Assembly (NCBI GenBank): GCA_964199315.1
Contig: OZ116706.1
Location: 16,554,001 to 16,618,000, forward strand
Length of the DNA stretch: 64,000 bases
From: Orbicella franksi
Taxonomy: Eukaryota
Reading direction: 5' to 3'
Shown here: piece after piece, positions 34,597 to 46,861 of the stretch
Layout: every line of letters starts with the position of its first letter
Position numbering within the stretch: the first letter of the stretch is position 1
The notes under the pieces: generated by a model
What the model saw: only the letters and a program-made list of their open reading frames with translations
What the model was told of the DNA's origin: nothing
Databases searched by the model: none
Translations under genes and position numbers: made by a program

Positions 34597-36798
34597 CTGT
34601 ACTTCATTTCAAACATGATTTACGTGATATTCCTGTAATATATATATTTTTTTCTGCTTTCAAACACATTTCTCTTTCAGACGCACTTTTGTTTTTTGTT
34701 TTTTTCGTCTTTTTTTGCATGATTTTTGCTAACTTTTCCAAATACTAAGATTTTAAAGAATAGTTTAATTTATTAGTAACAACATGGTAAGCAAAACAAG
34801 ATGGAATGCTCACAAAAAATATCCTTGTCACTTGCATAAACAAACGCACGATTTTCTTTCTTTTTTCTTTTTTCGCGGTTCCTGATTCGCTGGCAGAAAA
34901 AGTGTGCAAACAAATTTCCGCGTCGGATTTGGGCCGTGTTTGTCAGCGATTGGCGTGAGTTTCTAATCCATATTCATAGCAATCGAAGAGTTTTGCACAT
35001 TTTAAACTGTTTGTTGATGAGTGAAGACGTGTCGTCCGGCCAAGGGCCAATTGTACTCCTGAAGGAAGAAGATGCTTAATGCTGGAAGGACGTTATGCTA
35101 GGAGAGAAGTCATCATTCGATTCCAACTGAAGGTAAGCGATTCTTTTGGAAAACAGTCGCTTTGTTTTATTTCGAAAGCCACTCCAGTATCAAAATGTTA
35201 CCCATGCGAGTGAACACGTGCAATGGCTGTTTGCTTTGAGCGTCGCATCTTGAAACAGGACAGCAAAGCGGTATCTTCAATTCCACGTTTGTAATATTTC
35301 AAGAGCGGCCAATTTGAATGATACTCCTGCAAAAGCTAATGCTCCGTAATATTTAACTGAAATTTCGGATGTTTAGTGGTCAAATTTGCCTGACCAAACG
35401 CTGAAGCCAAGACGAGAGACAAATGGAGATGAGAAATCATTTACCTGTTCAAAGAAAAAAAAACGCGCGCTAAAATTTAACCTCATCATGAAATTGCACT
35501 GGGCCATTTAGATTTCTTAAGGTTCGGCGTTAGGTTTTGGAGGTAACATTTCGTTATTGTTCTGCAAAGTTTTTCCTTGTTTCGTTTAGTTTACTTGCTT
35601 TTGGAATGTTCGTACATGTTGTACCATAACTGAACTGTAAGATTTTTGCTTTGCCCGTTTAATTTGTAGACTCGCTGGTATTTGTATTGTATTCGAGTCG
35701 ACTGAAGCTTTTACAACGTGCATTATTTTTTAACGCTTGAGCATTTGCTGATCTTGGACTTTTTCATTTCTGTTTCCAGGAATTCAGTTCTGGCAGGCCA
35801 ACGAAGCTGATGGAGTGGACAAACTGGAATCACCGAATTAGGAGGAATTCTTCAAAGATAAGAACTTTGAAATTGTTAGATAGCTAATAAAAATGGTGGC
35901 TGAACAATGTCTAGTTAAATTTGTTAGGGAATAATTGTACAGTGATTGTCTGGAACGGATAAAAATTGACTTCATTAAGAGACTGGAAAATGGAAGGAAA
36001 TACTTTAAACTGGAAAGGATCATCACTCTCGACTCGTCACATCGCACACTAACAGTATTCTGAATCGGCGAAAAAAATGCCTCAGTTAGAGACTGGGAAA
36101 TATGGTAAACGAAGTGCTTCAATTTCAATCGGTTTCAATATCAGTCACCATTTGCCGATTCTTTTGCAGACATTATTGCGAACCTTGATAGCGTTCACTT
36201 AATTTTTTTTCAGTTTTCGATAATTTTGATTTAGTTCATCTCGAGCGGAGTAAATTCTTGGTTAATATCTTGAGTTCATGCAATTTTATATATTATTGAA
36301 CCTCGAATATTGATGAAAATTTTATAGTTCATTTGATAAGTCTAGCTTTTGGAAAAGAGTGTTTGCGATTCTTTAACGCTGATTTCTCGAGGTCTTTTAG
36401 TCATGTCTGCAAAGCAGTCGGTGATTTATACGTATCTGTATTTAACGACTTCAGTTGATGCTGCAGAAATAATATTTTTCAAAGGTGGCACTGCAAAACG
36501 TGAGAGTTAAGAAACTACGGACTATAGACGAATTCTGTTGAGAGATAAAAGGATTGACTATATTGATGTTAAAATCAACAACTGAAACTAACAAGGGAAA
36601 ATTGCAGGTAAAAGATCATGTTTATTTGATGTGTACGATACAATGGATAGAGCCACCTTAAAAGATTCAGTTTTGCTGCATCAACTGTACAACTGTAGTA
36701 AACAAGAGAATATGGCCTTTTTGATAAAAGAGCAGATTTCTCCAAAACATCGCAGGTTTCAGTCTTTCTTTTCTTTTTTTTATTTTTCGCGTGGAACC

Positions 36799-36825
36799 CT
36801 GACTGACTGACTGACTGACTGACTG
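36799..36825. repeat. (CTGA)n microsatellite
   Basis: About 6.5 copies. Confidence 0.9.
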
Positions 36826-39345
36826 TACACTAATAATCGATGATTTCAAAAATTACTCCACTGTCGCCGGCATTATTTACTAACAAACTGTACAACTGAC
36901 TGATGCTCTGCTCAATGGGTTGATTTCAGTACAAGACTATAAATAACATGCAGCGAATGATTTGAAAATCTGTTTTACTAATTTCGGACAATGACCGCCT
37001 CGTTACAAACGAATCATTCGCGACCTCGACTAAACTAATTTGAACGAACTTGGGTTTCGCTCAGAGACAACTGATATTTTCTAATCATAATGAAATCTGA
37101 CTGTAACTGACTTTGCTATCGCTGTTTACAAACATCGCGCGAGTCTAACCGTACCAAACAGTTTCAGCACAAACAACTTTTCACCCGACTGGAAACGCCC
37201 ATCATCAATAACTACTCTTTACTGGTTTTGAGAATTACTCTTACACCATACTGACGAACTACTTAACTTCAGGGTTCAAACCATTTGTTAATAAAAACAA
37301 ATTTGTTTATACAACGCAAAGTACATAGGTAGTTTTCATTTTGGCTTGTTTTCGTTTGGTGAACGTCCGGGCGGAGAATGTTTATACAGGGCTATGTTCT
37401 CTTGTCATATTTTGAGTGCTTGTTACAAACCCTAATGCCTGGTTAGAATAATATTGAGATTAACAGGTCTAGATTAAGTTAGTGTTTCCAGTTTTCGGTT
37501 ATACGGACAACCTAATCACACAAAAAAAACAGCCAAATTAACCGCCTTATTTTGTCAAGTATTGCTTATGTCGATAACTTTTTAATGTTCCAAAACAGAA
37601 ACAACACGCAGTCATTAAGTCAGTGAAACAATTGTCTGGTTTGCTGTCCAAACAAAGTCAGGATTTTCAGTTTTCTTATTGTACAGACCAAAAAAAAAAA
37701 ATAAACAAATTTCGCTGATGAATAATTTCATTGAGTTCTCTTTCTGTTAACTTTTCAATTTTTGGAAAGTAGAAACCTGAATCATTTATTTGGCTTCACA
37801 ATTGTCTTGTTTACTTTCATAATTTTAAATCAAAATTGCTTTCCTGTGCTATCACTCGACGAAATACAGTCTTTTGGGAAAAAAATGCAATGAATAACTT
37901 GGCTTGGATATTGTCTTCATAATTTTAAAGTGTTATCACTTTCTTCTGTTATACATAGCGAGAATAAAGAATTCGGAAATTATTTTCTGATCTGATTTTA
38001 AAAATATTTCGATCTCAAATTCGTTTGTAAATTCAGCAGTGTTTTTGATAGCTTTTCAGTTTTTATTATCCTTTTGCTATTTTATGTCAACAAAACGATA
38101 AAATAAAACCTGCAATGATTATACGGCTGCACAGTTGTAAACTATGATGCAATTTGAGAATGTCTTTACTGAACGAATCAAACAAGATGAAAAAGCGAAT
38201 TTCAACCGGGTTTCATATTAGTTCCGATGCGTGTTTTCGCTTTCAGAATTGTTTGTCCTTCATTTCGTTTTGTTTATTGTTGTCCGTATAACCTTTATCT
38301 CGTTTTTTTGTTTATTTTATCCTCATGTTCGCGTTAAGGGTGAGTTTTAACTTTCTGAATTGAATCGCTTCAACCAGGCACTTGGGTGTTATAATAAGCC
38401 GGTTTTTGAAAAATGTTTAGTAAGTAGATGAAGATCTTTTACCGCTGGTGCTCGTTGTAACACAGCACATTGCATGAATGCGAATTTAAAAAAAATTAAG
38501 ACACCAAATTACATTGTGCTGATTTCTGAATTGTTGAAGTTGTTGAAGTTGTTGTTAAAATCAAAATAAAACCTGAAATCAGCTAACAGTAACAACACGA
38601 GCAATTGTTGCATGGCTAAACAACAGTTAAAATTTTCTGTATTACTCCAAAACTTCATAGCTGTTGTTACAGATTGTTTAGGATGGGATAATTTTTTTGA
38701 CGTGTTTGGTTCAATTTGTCCTGTGTTACAAACGAGAATTAGTTGAAAAAGGTTTTTATCCGAGACATCATCTCGTGCGAAAGAGTTTGGAAAAAGTGAA
38801 AATGTTTCTTTGATGATTAGCTCGGTTCAAAATTGTTTTATACAAGCAAAGAGGTTGAAATATCTTTTTCGGATTTTTTTTGAGGATAGAAAACAAATTG
38901 GCGTTTTACTTCCAACTTTTTTGCACGAAATGATGTTCAAATTATTTTTGGCGGGAAATTATAAGGGAAGCCATTTTGAATTTTTTGCCGAGAAAGTTGC
39001 CAGGGGAAACGCTGTGCAAATTATATCAAATTTTCCCGCCAAAAGTCTTAGTATATAGAGGAAACATTTTTTCGTCACACCTTTTTTAATTAATTTATTT
39101 TCATTAACTAATGAAAGAATATTTGAAGTGAATAAAGTTAATTGAAACACAAAACACTTGTTTGTATTTATTGTTTGAAACATTTGATTGAAGATAATAA
39201 AAGAGATTACAAAGAAATAATTGTTGACTTTATTGACTTGTATTCATTGCACTTTAATATATTAAAGACAACAGCAGACAAAAAGTGAATACAATTAATT
39301 GGCAATATAAATAAACTTAATTTTCTATTTTTTCCAAAACAAATT

Positions 39346-39540
39346 GGCGCATGCGTATTTTGAGCGCCGTATTTTTTCTAAGTCTTTTGGCGGGAAAATT
39401 AAAAATTTTCAAACGGATGTTATAGAGAAGTAATTTTTTTTAAAAAAACGGCGCATGCGTATTATAAACGCCCGTATTTTTTCTAAGTTTTTTGGCGGGA
39501 AAATTGAAAACATTTGAACAGATGTTACCATAGAAAAACT
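39346..39540. repeat. Two-copy tandem repeat, about 104-bp unit
   Basis: Units start at 39346 and 39450 (ggcgcatgcgtatt...ttttggcgggaaaatt). Confidence 0.8.
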
Positions 39541-39947
39541 CTTGCGACAAAAATTGTAAATGATGTTTATTAAAAATACTTCCTTAAGCTCAATGAAATC
39601 CTTGAGAAAAAATACTCTAACCTTTGCGAGTTGTTTTCAACGGAAAAGAAATTTACTCTGATTCTTCCTTGCCAATTACCCGCTTAAAGCCGAAAATGTT
39701 CTTGTCAAGTTTGTTTTCTACCTTGTATTAAACATGTCTTATCCTTGGATGACCCTCTTGTTCGGCTCTTGCTTGATTTTGTTTTGAAGCGTACGAACCA
39801 TCAAAACCTGCACGAAAATAAACACGAAAAGATAAATCACTGAGTACAATTATACAGATAATCTTACTATGAGTTCATTTACTTATATAGTTTTGAAAAC
39901 TCTGCTTAGAAATCGAAAATAAACTGAATTTTGCGATGAAAACACAG

Positions 39948-40041
39948 CAGGCCCCAGTTATTTGAAGGCTGGATAACGTTATCCACCGGATAAATCACTA
40001 TCCAGTGGATTGGTATTAACAAAACAAACCACGCTATCCGC

Positions 40042-40078
<37 letters not shown>

Positions 40079-40098
40079 TTTCGAACAACCTGGGCCAG
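39948..40098. mobile_element. Palindromic MITE
   Basis: ggataacgttatccaccggataaatcactatccag / ctggatagtgatttatccggtggatagcgttatcc; TIR related to the 34350 family. Confidence 0.85.
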
Positions 40099-42349
40099 GA
40101 AATTACGGAAACAAACCCAGACCGAATAGAAATGTGCTACATCAAACATTTTCAGCGATTACCACCTACAAATCAGCAATAGCTTTCGAAACCAGTATAA
40201 ACAAGTGCGGAAACAGATCGTCCAGCGAACTTCAACCGTTTGTGTTTATTCCTCGGCGTTAATCTTCTACAGATTTTCATTTACATATTTTTAATTTCGT
40301 TATTTCACAACTGAGATATTCTCAAGACAGTGATGATAATTTTTCCAGCTTATTACACGTCCGAGAAGAATACTTCTTGGAGAGTGATAAACCTTCATAA
40401 CATGTAAATGCTAATGTATTCTCCTGACAAATTTGTGTCTCACTAACATGATATTTTGCGACTCGTTGCGGTCTGAAGATGATTTTGTCATTTGCAAATG
40501 ATCTTCGCATCGTATTATGACCCTCAGGAAAGGAAAATTACGCGCAATGTGTAAAAACTAATCTACTGACCTCGCCAACAAACGCCATCGTCGATCGTGA
40601 GCTTGTCCTTCTCTCCTCAAATAGTGTCTTGCTGATTTCCAGTTTTTCCCATTCCCTGCTTGTCGCATTCCTGGAAAGAAAAAAAAGAATTAGGTAACAA
40701 CACCCTGGAAAATGTGTCTGTTCGATTCAATGTTTAAGAAAACAAGTAAGCGAGTAGTGAATGGTCGATAACATAAACCACTTTGAGAAGGCGTAAACAT
40801 ACAATTTACACTTGTACACAGAATCCGTGAAGTTTTTGTGTGTTTTTTTTTTTTTTTTTTTTTTTTGCTAATGCACACAATCAGATCAAGTTTTGGCATA
40901 AAACGTTTCAAAACTCATGATTTTTCAAAGAAAGAAACTGAAGCATTTACAACTTCAGCTGTTCCTCAAACCGACAGTCAGAAGGTAACCGAATTCACTT
41001 CGGCTTAAAGCAATGAACAGGCCAGGAATCTTCGTTTACACTACTGCTTTGCCTTGTTAGCGCAAGTACTTTAATGACCTTTAATCTCTGTTCGAGCAAC
41101 AAAATTATCAACCCTGAAGACTGAAAGAACGTGTCAAGATCAACTGCCGCAGGAGATTTTATATTATTTTGTGTGACGGAAGTTTAAAGACTCATAATTT
41201 TCCAAACACTTTTGACACCCAGAAATCTTGCGGAGTTTGAATCGAAAGCAACTGTCTCCTCCGATGTCACTTCCTAAAAACAGGAACAAAAAAGATCACT
41301 TTTCACCAATTACTAAGTTTTACAAACTTTGGAAATATATGGTGTAAATTTGTGTCTGGTGTAATGCAATCCGTACGCTGTATGCCAGTGAGCCAACGGG
41401 GCAAATAGTTTTCTTTCGTCCTTTCCCTGTTGTGTTTTGATCTAGTATCAATACTAGTTCAGAAAGTTTCAAATATTCTCATCCACCACGATCTCTAGTT
41501 TCCAACGTTGCAGTCCTTTTTTTGGAGAAACCAGCAAAGGTTTACATCATCAAAACAGCACGAACCTGTTGGTTGCAGAACACCCTGATGACTAGTTATC
41601 CTACAGTCTGTCTGTCTGTCCATGTCAGTCACGAAAGCCTGCTCTAGCCACATCAGCTTTACCTGACAACAAAATGTAAGGTGATGCTTAGACGAGGAGA
41701 CATGACATATTTGTCTTAAATACAGCTAAAATAATCTAGTCTATGAGAGGGTGTTTCGAAGATGCCTTTTATTTCCCATTCCAAGAAGTTTAGTGGAAGA
41801 GAAAGGACAAACTCCTCCCCTCTCCATTACACTACTCAGGAGTACACAATTAACAAGGTAATTTGCCAGAATCCATCCGGGGTCATCATTTCGAAAAAAA
41901 ATTCCCATACGGATTTTAAATGTGATTACTGCGATGTACATTATTAATATCGGTTACATGTGACGCCACCACCCACATCAACGTGTAGGGGACACGCATT
42001 CCGTAATCGGAAAACATTTCAAGGATGAACAAAATGTAAAACAAATGCTGACAAAATGGACTGAAACTTCAACTAATGGCTGAGAAATTGCCGAAAATTG
42101 AACTGACAACTGAGATTCCAGCAACCCCTATCAAGACCTTTGGTATCTATGTGAGAGCAACACCCCCCTCCGCCCCGCCACGATTGGGGTAGAAATGATG
42201 GGACAAGGAATGCTTCTCTCCCCCATAGAAGAGATGTTAGTCCGATGAGAGTTAATCCCTAGGATTTTCCCAGGTTGCTCTACAGCAATCTCCTTATACC
42301 GATTCAAACTCCTAGATGGGAAAAAGCACTAGCTATATAGTTGCTCCAG

Positions 42350-42506
42350 AATAGGCTGATTTAGCAACAGGACGGGAACTTCAGATGACGACTGCAGGGC
42401 GCGCGGAATAACCTGGATTCTGTTCTAATTTGACCATATTTAGGTATTTGCACTGCGCGCGCCGTCTTCAAGTGACGTTCCCGTTCTCTTGCTAAATCAG
42501 CCTAAT
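42350..42506. mobile_element. Palindromic MITE
   Basis: ataggctgatttagcaa...cgggaac / gttcccg...ttgctaaatcagcctaat. Confidence 0.82.
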
Positions 42507-42618
42507 ATAACAGTTGACCCGACCTGTGATCGAAGCCAAACAACCCGATTGCGTGTAACATAACACTGTGTCTCTAATGGGTTTGTACTGCATGGCCACT
42601 AAATTAACACAAATCAAT

Positions 42619-44240
42619 ACCTCTACGAACAGAATATAACTTACAAGAATATAACAGAATATAACTTACAATACATCAATGTACAGTTCCTACCTTGAGA
42701 AAAACTCAGACCCATTTGCTCGCTATACACACGGCGACACCTTTGCTTGACAAGAGGCACGTGCTTTCGAAGTTTGCTTGACGGAGTACAAGCCTTGTTA
42801 CGGGCTTTTGCAGTTCATGAACTCACCAATATTACCACCACAAGTTAAACAGGAGATTTTCCACCATGAATAACCCATCATTCTAATGCACCGGCAGATC
42901 AAACCAATCTGCAAAGGGATCACATAGCCATGTAAGTAATGACTCACCTAAATTCCTATGCAAGCATGCAAACCTCTGGGGAGGAGGGAGGTGTACTCTC
43001 CATAACGGCCTGTACGTATTGAGAGGCTCCGCCCGAAAGGGGTGCCTTGTTCAGGCTCTAGGTATAAAATATGGCGGGGATATTACCAGTTAAGGTATAT
43101 AAAAGGTTAGGAAATCTATCATTTAGGTTTAATGTGAACAGGAACAAAATAAAAGATATTAGCTTTTTGGTTGACATCACTTCTGGTAATGCTTGACGTT
43201 TTCCCGTAGTATTGTTCACTGACTTCATTCCAAGGGTTTAGAAAAAAGATGCAGTGTTCTAAAGTATGTACATTAAAGAGGTACTCTTTTTTTCGATAAA
43301 AGGTACATGAAAAGGGTACCTTTTCTGTGTGGTATACAAAAAAGTAAGGGGTTGGAGCTCGGGGCGGAGCCTCCCCGTACAAAACTTTGTAGAGTATCCC
43401 CCCAGGATGCAAACAAACATGCAAGAGGTTGTTTTAGCGAACTATATATTAAAAATTGAATTGATGTCTAAATAAGCGATCCCCAAGGACATGTTAAGGG
43501 CAATGCTCACAAAGTTACTTATTTGTTATCAAACGTTCGTTACCTGAGGCACACGACGTAATAAATATGTGAAAGAACCATTAGTGAGGTCGTCATAGAT
43601 AGCCTCATCTCGTCTACCTCCTGGAAAAAGAATCAATAAAAATCTTCTCTAATTTATAATCATTGTACGTACTACGTAATTATTATAGTCACCTTAACAT
43701 CAAAACTTGGATTTCGAGCGTGTACATATAAGCTAACGATTCCAGCAAACTCCAATTGCCGCATGCAAACTCTAATCGTGTTCTGTGAAATGTGGGTTTA
43801 TGATGTTACGATCATATTACAAGTACAAAAAAACTTATGGTGCAAAGACTTATTAAAAACGTAAGACTGATTTTCATACAGCCCATTGGGTATACATAAC
43901 CGGTAAACGAACATCTTTAGTCAAAAACATCAACCTAGTTTGTTTATTATTTGTAACAGCGTGATGCCGGCACATAAACGTACACCTCGACTGTGATTCG
44001 GTGGACAAATGGCTGACAACCTTTCCTAACCTATTTTGTACAATTTTCAGTTCCGTAGGAAATAGCGAAGTTACCTCTACGAACAGAATATAACTTACAA
44101 TACATTAATGTACAGTTCGTACCTTGAGAAAAGCTCAGACCCATTTGCTCGGCATACAAACGGCGACACCTTGACAAGAGGCACGCGCTTTCAAAGTTTG
44201 CTTTACAGAGTACAAGTCTTGTTGCAGGCTTTTGCAGTTC
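42619..44240. repeat. Local dispersed duplication: 42619-42816 and 44073-44240
   Basis: Near-identical blocks (acctctacgaacagaatataacttacaa...gcttttgcagttc) with a 5-nt indel and scattered substitutions. Confidence 0.9.
42976..43406. mobile_element. MITE-like element with G/C-run termini
   Basis: gaggctccgccc / gggcggagcctc inverted repeat; gggg...tactct and agagtatcccccc ends. Confidence 0.7.
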
Positions 44241-44539
44241 GTAACAGCTCCAAGAGAAAGGACAATGCCAAACCGAAGCTTGATACTTTTTCGTAGCAGC
44301 AATAAAAAGTAGAAAAGATGGATTATTTCTTACGTAAATTGAATATTTTAACGCAAAACGTTCAAACGACGAAAGGAAAGCGTCGAAAGTGTATAATTTG
44401 CAATTTAAATTTTTAAACTTCTGCGACCACGCTTTTGAGTTTACATTTCAGGCGTGTACAAACAATCATTTGATTGCTTTGTTTTCATATTTTAATAATT
44501 AGGAGCGGGATATTTAAACTCCGGCCGCTCTCGATACGA

Positions 44540-44790
44540 ACAGGAATGACAAACAACACGGAAATTTCCTGGGAAATTTTCCAGAAAATCCAAGAATTTT
44601 CAAAATGCGAACCATTAATTCAACAGAACATTCCTCAAATTCCATGAAGAAATTCAAATGGAACGGAAATTGCCGGTTAAACTTTCCAAAATTTTCGGTA
44701 TGTCTCACAAGGTTGTCCTCTTTTCCTGAAATTCCGGAAAATTCGTCGAAATTCAAACCGGAATTTTTGCATGGTCGAATGAAAAGCGCT
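44540..44790. mobile_element. Interspersed element rich in ggaaattt/aattcc motifs
   Basis: Second copy at about 1600-1960. Confidence 0.6.
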
Positions 44791-45097
44791 AAATGCTCAT
44801 CAGAATGTAATTGAATGTGCAATACACGAACTATTTGCTGATCACTTCAATTCCGTGCACGGAACGGAGCGTTATATTTAAGATATCTTACAATCACAGA
44901 TCTCATTACCACCCCTGGGGTGGGTCATCCCATTTCACAACAGGAAATGGAACTCGTTTGCAAAATAATTGCTTAAAATAATCGAAGTCTTGAGACTACC
45001 GTTACTGGAAAAGTTGGCTGCACATACGCATTTTGTGCGTTTTCGTACACCTCGTTGGCCTGAAAACAATCGCTTAACTTTGATATCATCGTGGCAT

Positions 45098-45240
45098 AGC
45101 TGACAATTAAACGACCCACCCCACCCTCCCCCCTTACAAGGACTGTAAAACCTGATGATCCAGCCCCTCACTGCTCCGACCAGCCCAAGCCGCCCCCCAC
45201 CCCCCCCCCCCCCTCCCCCAATACTTTTCGATCAGTCCCT
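45098..45240. mobile_element. Fragment of C-run-containing interspersed repeat
   Basis: End cccccaatacttttcgatcagtccct; related fragments at 34266-34327 (ctttttgaccagttccta) and 44915-44965. Confidence 0.5.
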
Positions 45241-45732
45241 CAGAAGTCGTCCTGGGAAACAACCACTTTCAGATTTGATAAAAATGTATGAGCGGGAAGA
45301 TTCTGATTTGGGATTGTAAAAAATATAATCTTGGACCCGTAATTAGCATTGTTGCTGGGGAAGGCAGGCAAATTTGCGCTTGTGACGCTTTGTACTAAAG
45401 GTATAATGGCGCGACGGTGTAAAACATTTTCTGATGGCAAAAAAGTACTTTAAATTCGAAGGACACTCAAAAGAATAGATTTCCAAGCTAGAAATATTCA
45501 CAGTAACGTTAATCGGCGTTTCCATGTATTTATAACCATTATAGAGATTGAAAGCTTGTTACATAGTGCAGTTGTGCATATCGATAGAATTGAGCTCCTT
45601 CAAAAACGATGTTGGGTACATCAGAACGTCGATTTAAGTTACTCTTAGATACTTCTTGTTAAATTCTTTAACAAGCAGAAAAATAGGAATCATAAAAGGG
45701 CAAAGAACAAGGGTAGTGATGAAGACAACTTT
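45232..45732 (-). pseudogene. Possible decayed coding frame (hydrophobic N-terminal segment, NxT/S sites)
   Basis: 167 codons with only 3 internal stops; product unknown. Confidence 0.22.
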
Positions 45733-46157
45733 TTATCAAGCTTTTCCGGGATTTGAGGACCCATTGCATTTGTGAGGCAACGAGGCAATCTTCCCAACTA
45801 AGAAAGGAAGTTTCTTTTCAGTGTGCAGGAATTCCTTTTAGACCTTTTCCATGTTTTTTTGACACGGCTCGCTTTGCATGTTTTTTTTTCTTGTGTAGGA
45901 ATATTTTTTAGTAGTTGCACACACCACACCCCTCCCCTCCAATCAAAACTGTCCATCCCTTCGTGTGACGCATTGACAATCAAGTCGTTAAATGTTGTTT
46001 TAAAATAAATTTATTTGATTTTTTTTGTTATTACCTTTGTACAACTACTACTATGAGTAACGGAACCCTCAGAATGAAGATTATATAAAGAAATGCAAAT
46101 TAACGAGCCAGAGACCGCGAGCAGTTTTTCCGGTTAGTTCGTGGACCAATGTGAGAA

Positions 46158-46384
46158 AATACGAAGAGTGTGTGACCAGACCGCACGTCACGCATTCTTT
46201 GGCTCCGTTAACAATACGAAGAGTCAGTGACCAGACCGCAGGTCACACAATCTTTGGCTTTGTTCACAATACGAAGAGTGCGTGACCATACATCACGTCA
46301 CGTCACGTAATCTTTGGCTCCGTTCACAATACGAAGAGCGTGTGACCATACATCACGTCACGCAACCTTTGGCTCCGTTCACAT
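46158..46384. repeat. Minisatellite, 55-60 bp unit, about 4 copies
   Basis: aatacgaagag at 46158, 46213, 46268, 46328. Confidence 0.92.
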
Positions 46385-46620
46385 TGTTCGACGATGTTAT
46401 AAAAGACTGCTCGCAGTCTAAACAAGCCACAAATTTTGCTCAGCAGTTCTTTAAGAATTATTTTATAACTTGATGTGTTAGACGCGATAAATAACCTAAT
46501 TCAAATGCCTGAAATTGGTCACCCGACAATTTTTTCTCACCATTCTCTATATACAGTTGGAAGACCGAGAAATGTTTCAAAAAATGCCCAATTCCAATCA
46601 CAAATAGCACAAACACCTTG

Positions 46621-46861
46621 TTAAAGCAGCTCAGTCACAGCATTTCGCGTTATTTCGACAACGTGCAAAATAACCTTCAAATTGAAGGAAACCTGACAAT
46701 AGTAGTTTACTAAGATAGAAAATCACCGAAGAACTGATAATAAACTATAAAAGAACAAGGATGGTTATGGACGGAGAAGATTAACACGGATTTCAAACGA
46801 CGAACTTGAAAAAATTAAGCTAAACATTTCAAGAAGCGCAAACTGTGACATAGCTCCTTAA
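46621..46861. mobile_element. TTAA-flanked MITE, paralogue of 27000-27222
   Basis: ttaaagcagctcagtcac...gtgacatagctccttaa. Confidence 0.78.

Larger units (their letters stand above)
39801..44285 (-). other. Putative unannotated spliced transcript (small gene, lncRNA or pseudogene)
   Basis: Candidate exons 44285-44123, 43620-43544, 42908-42827, 40670-40571 and 39807 onward have canonical splice signals and chain into one open frame. No recognisable domain. Confidence 0.33.

Noticed and set aside
45028-45059. 32-nt - strand mini-exon upstream of the hidden-gene chain
   Set aside because: Good splice signals, but open in all three frames and sandwiched between repeat fragments, so uninformative
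44960-45270. Apparent alpha-1,2-fucosyltransferase-like words (PGRL, YATM, PTFPVT)
   Set aside because: Part of the match falls in a repeat fragment (45098-45240) and no HVRRGD-type motif is present; too weak without a search
45560-45625. MYPTSFLKELN as a Helitron helicase motif
   Set aside because: No following GxPPH motif or other helicase motifs
46158-46384. CRISPR-like repeat array (also 3827-4363)
   Set aside because: Whole units repeat with no unique spacers, there are no cas genes, and the context is eukaryotic
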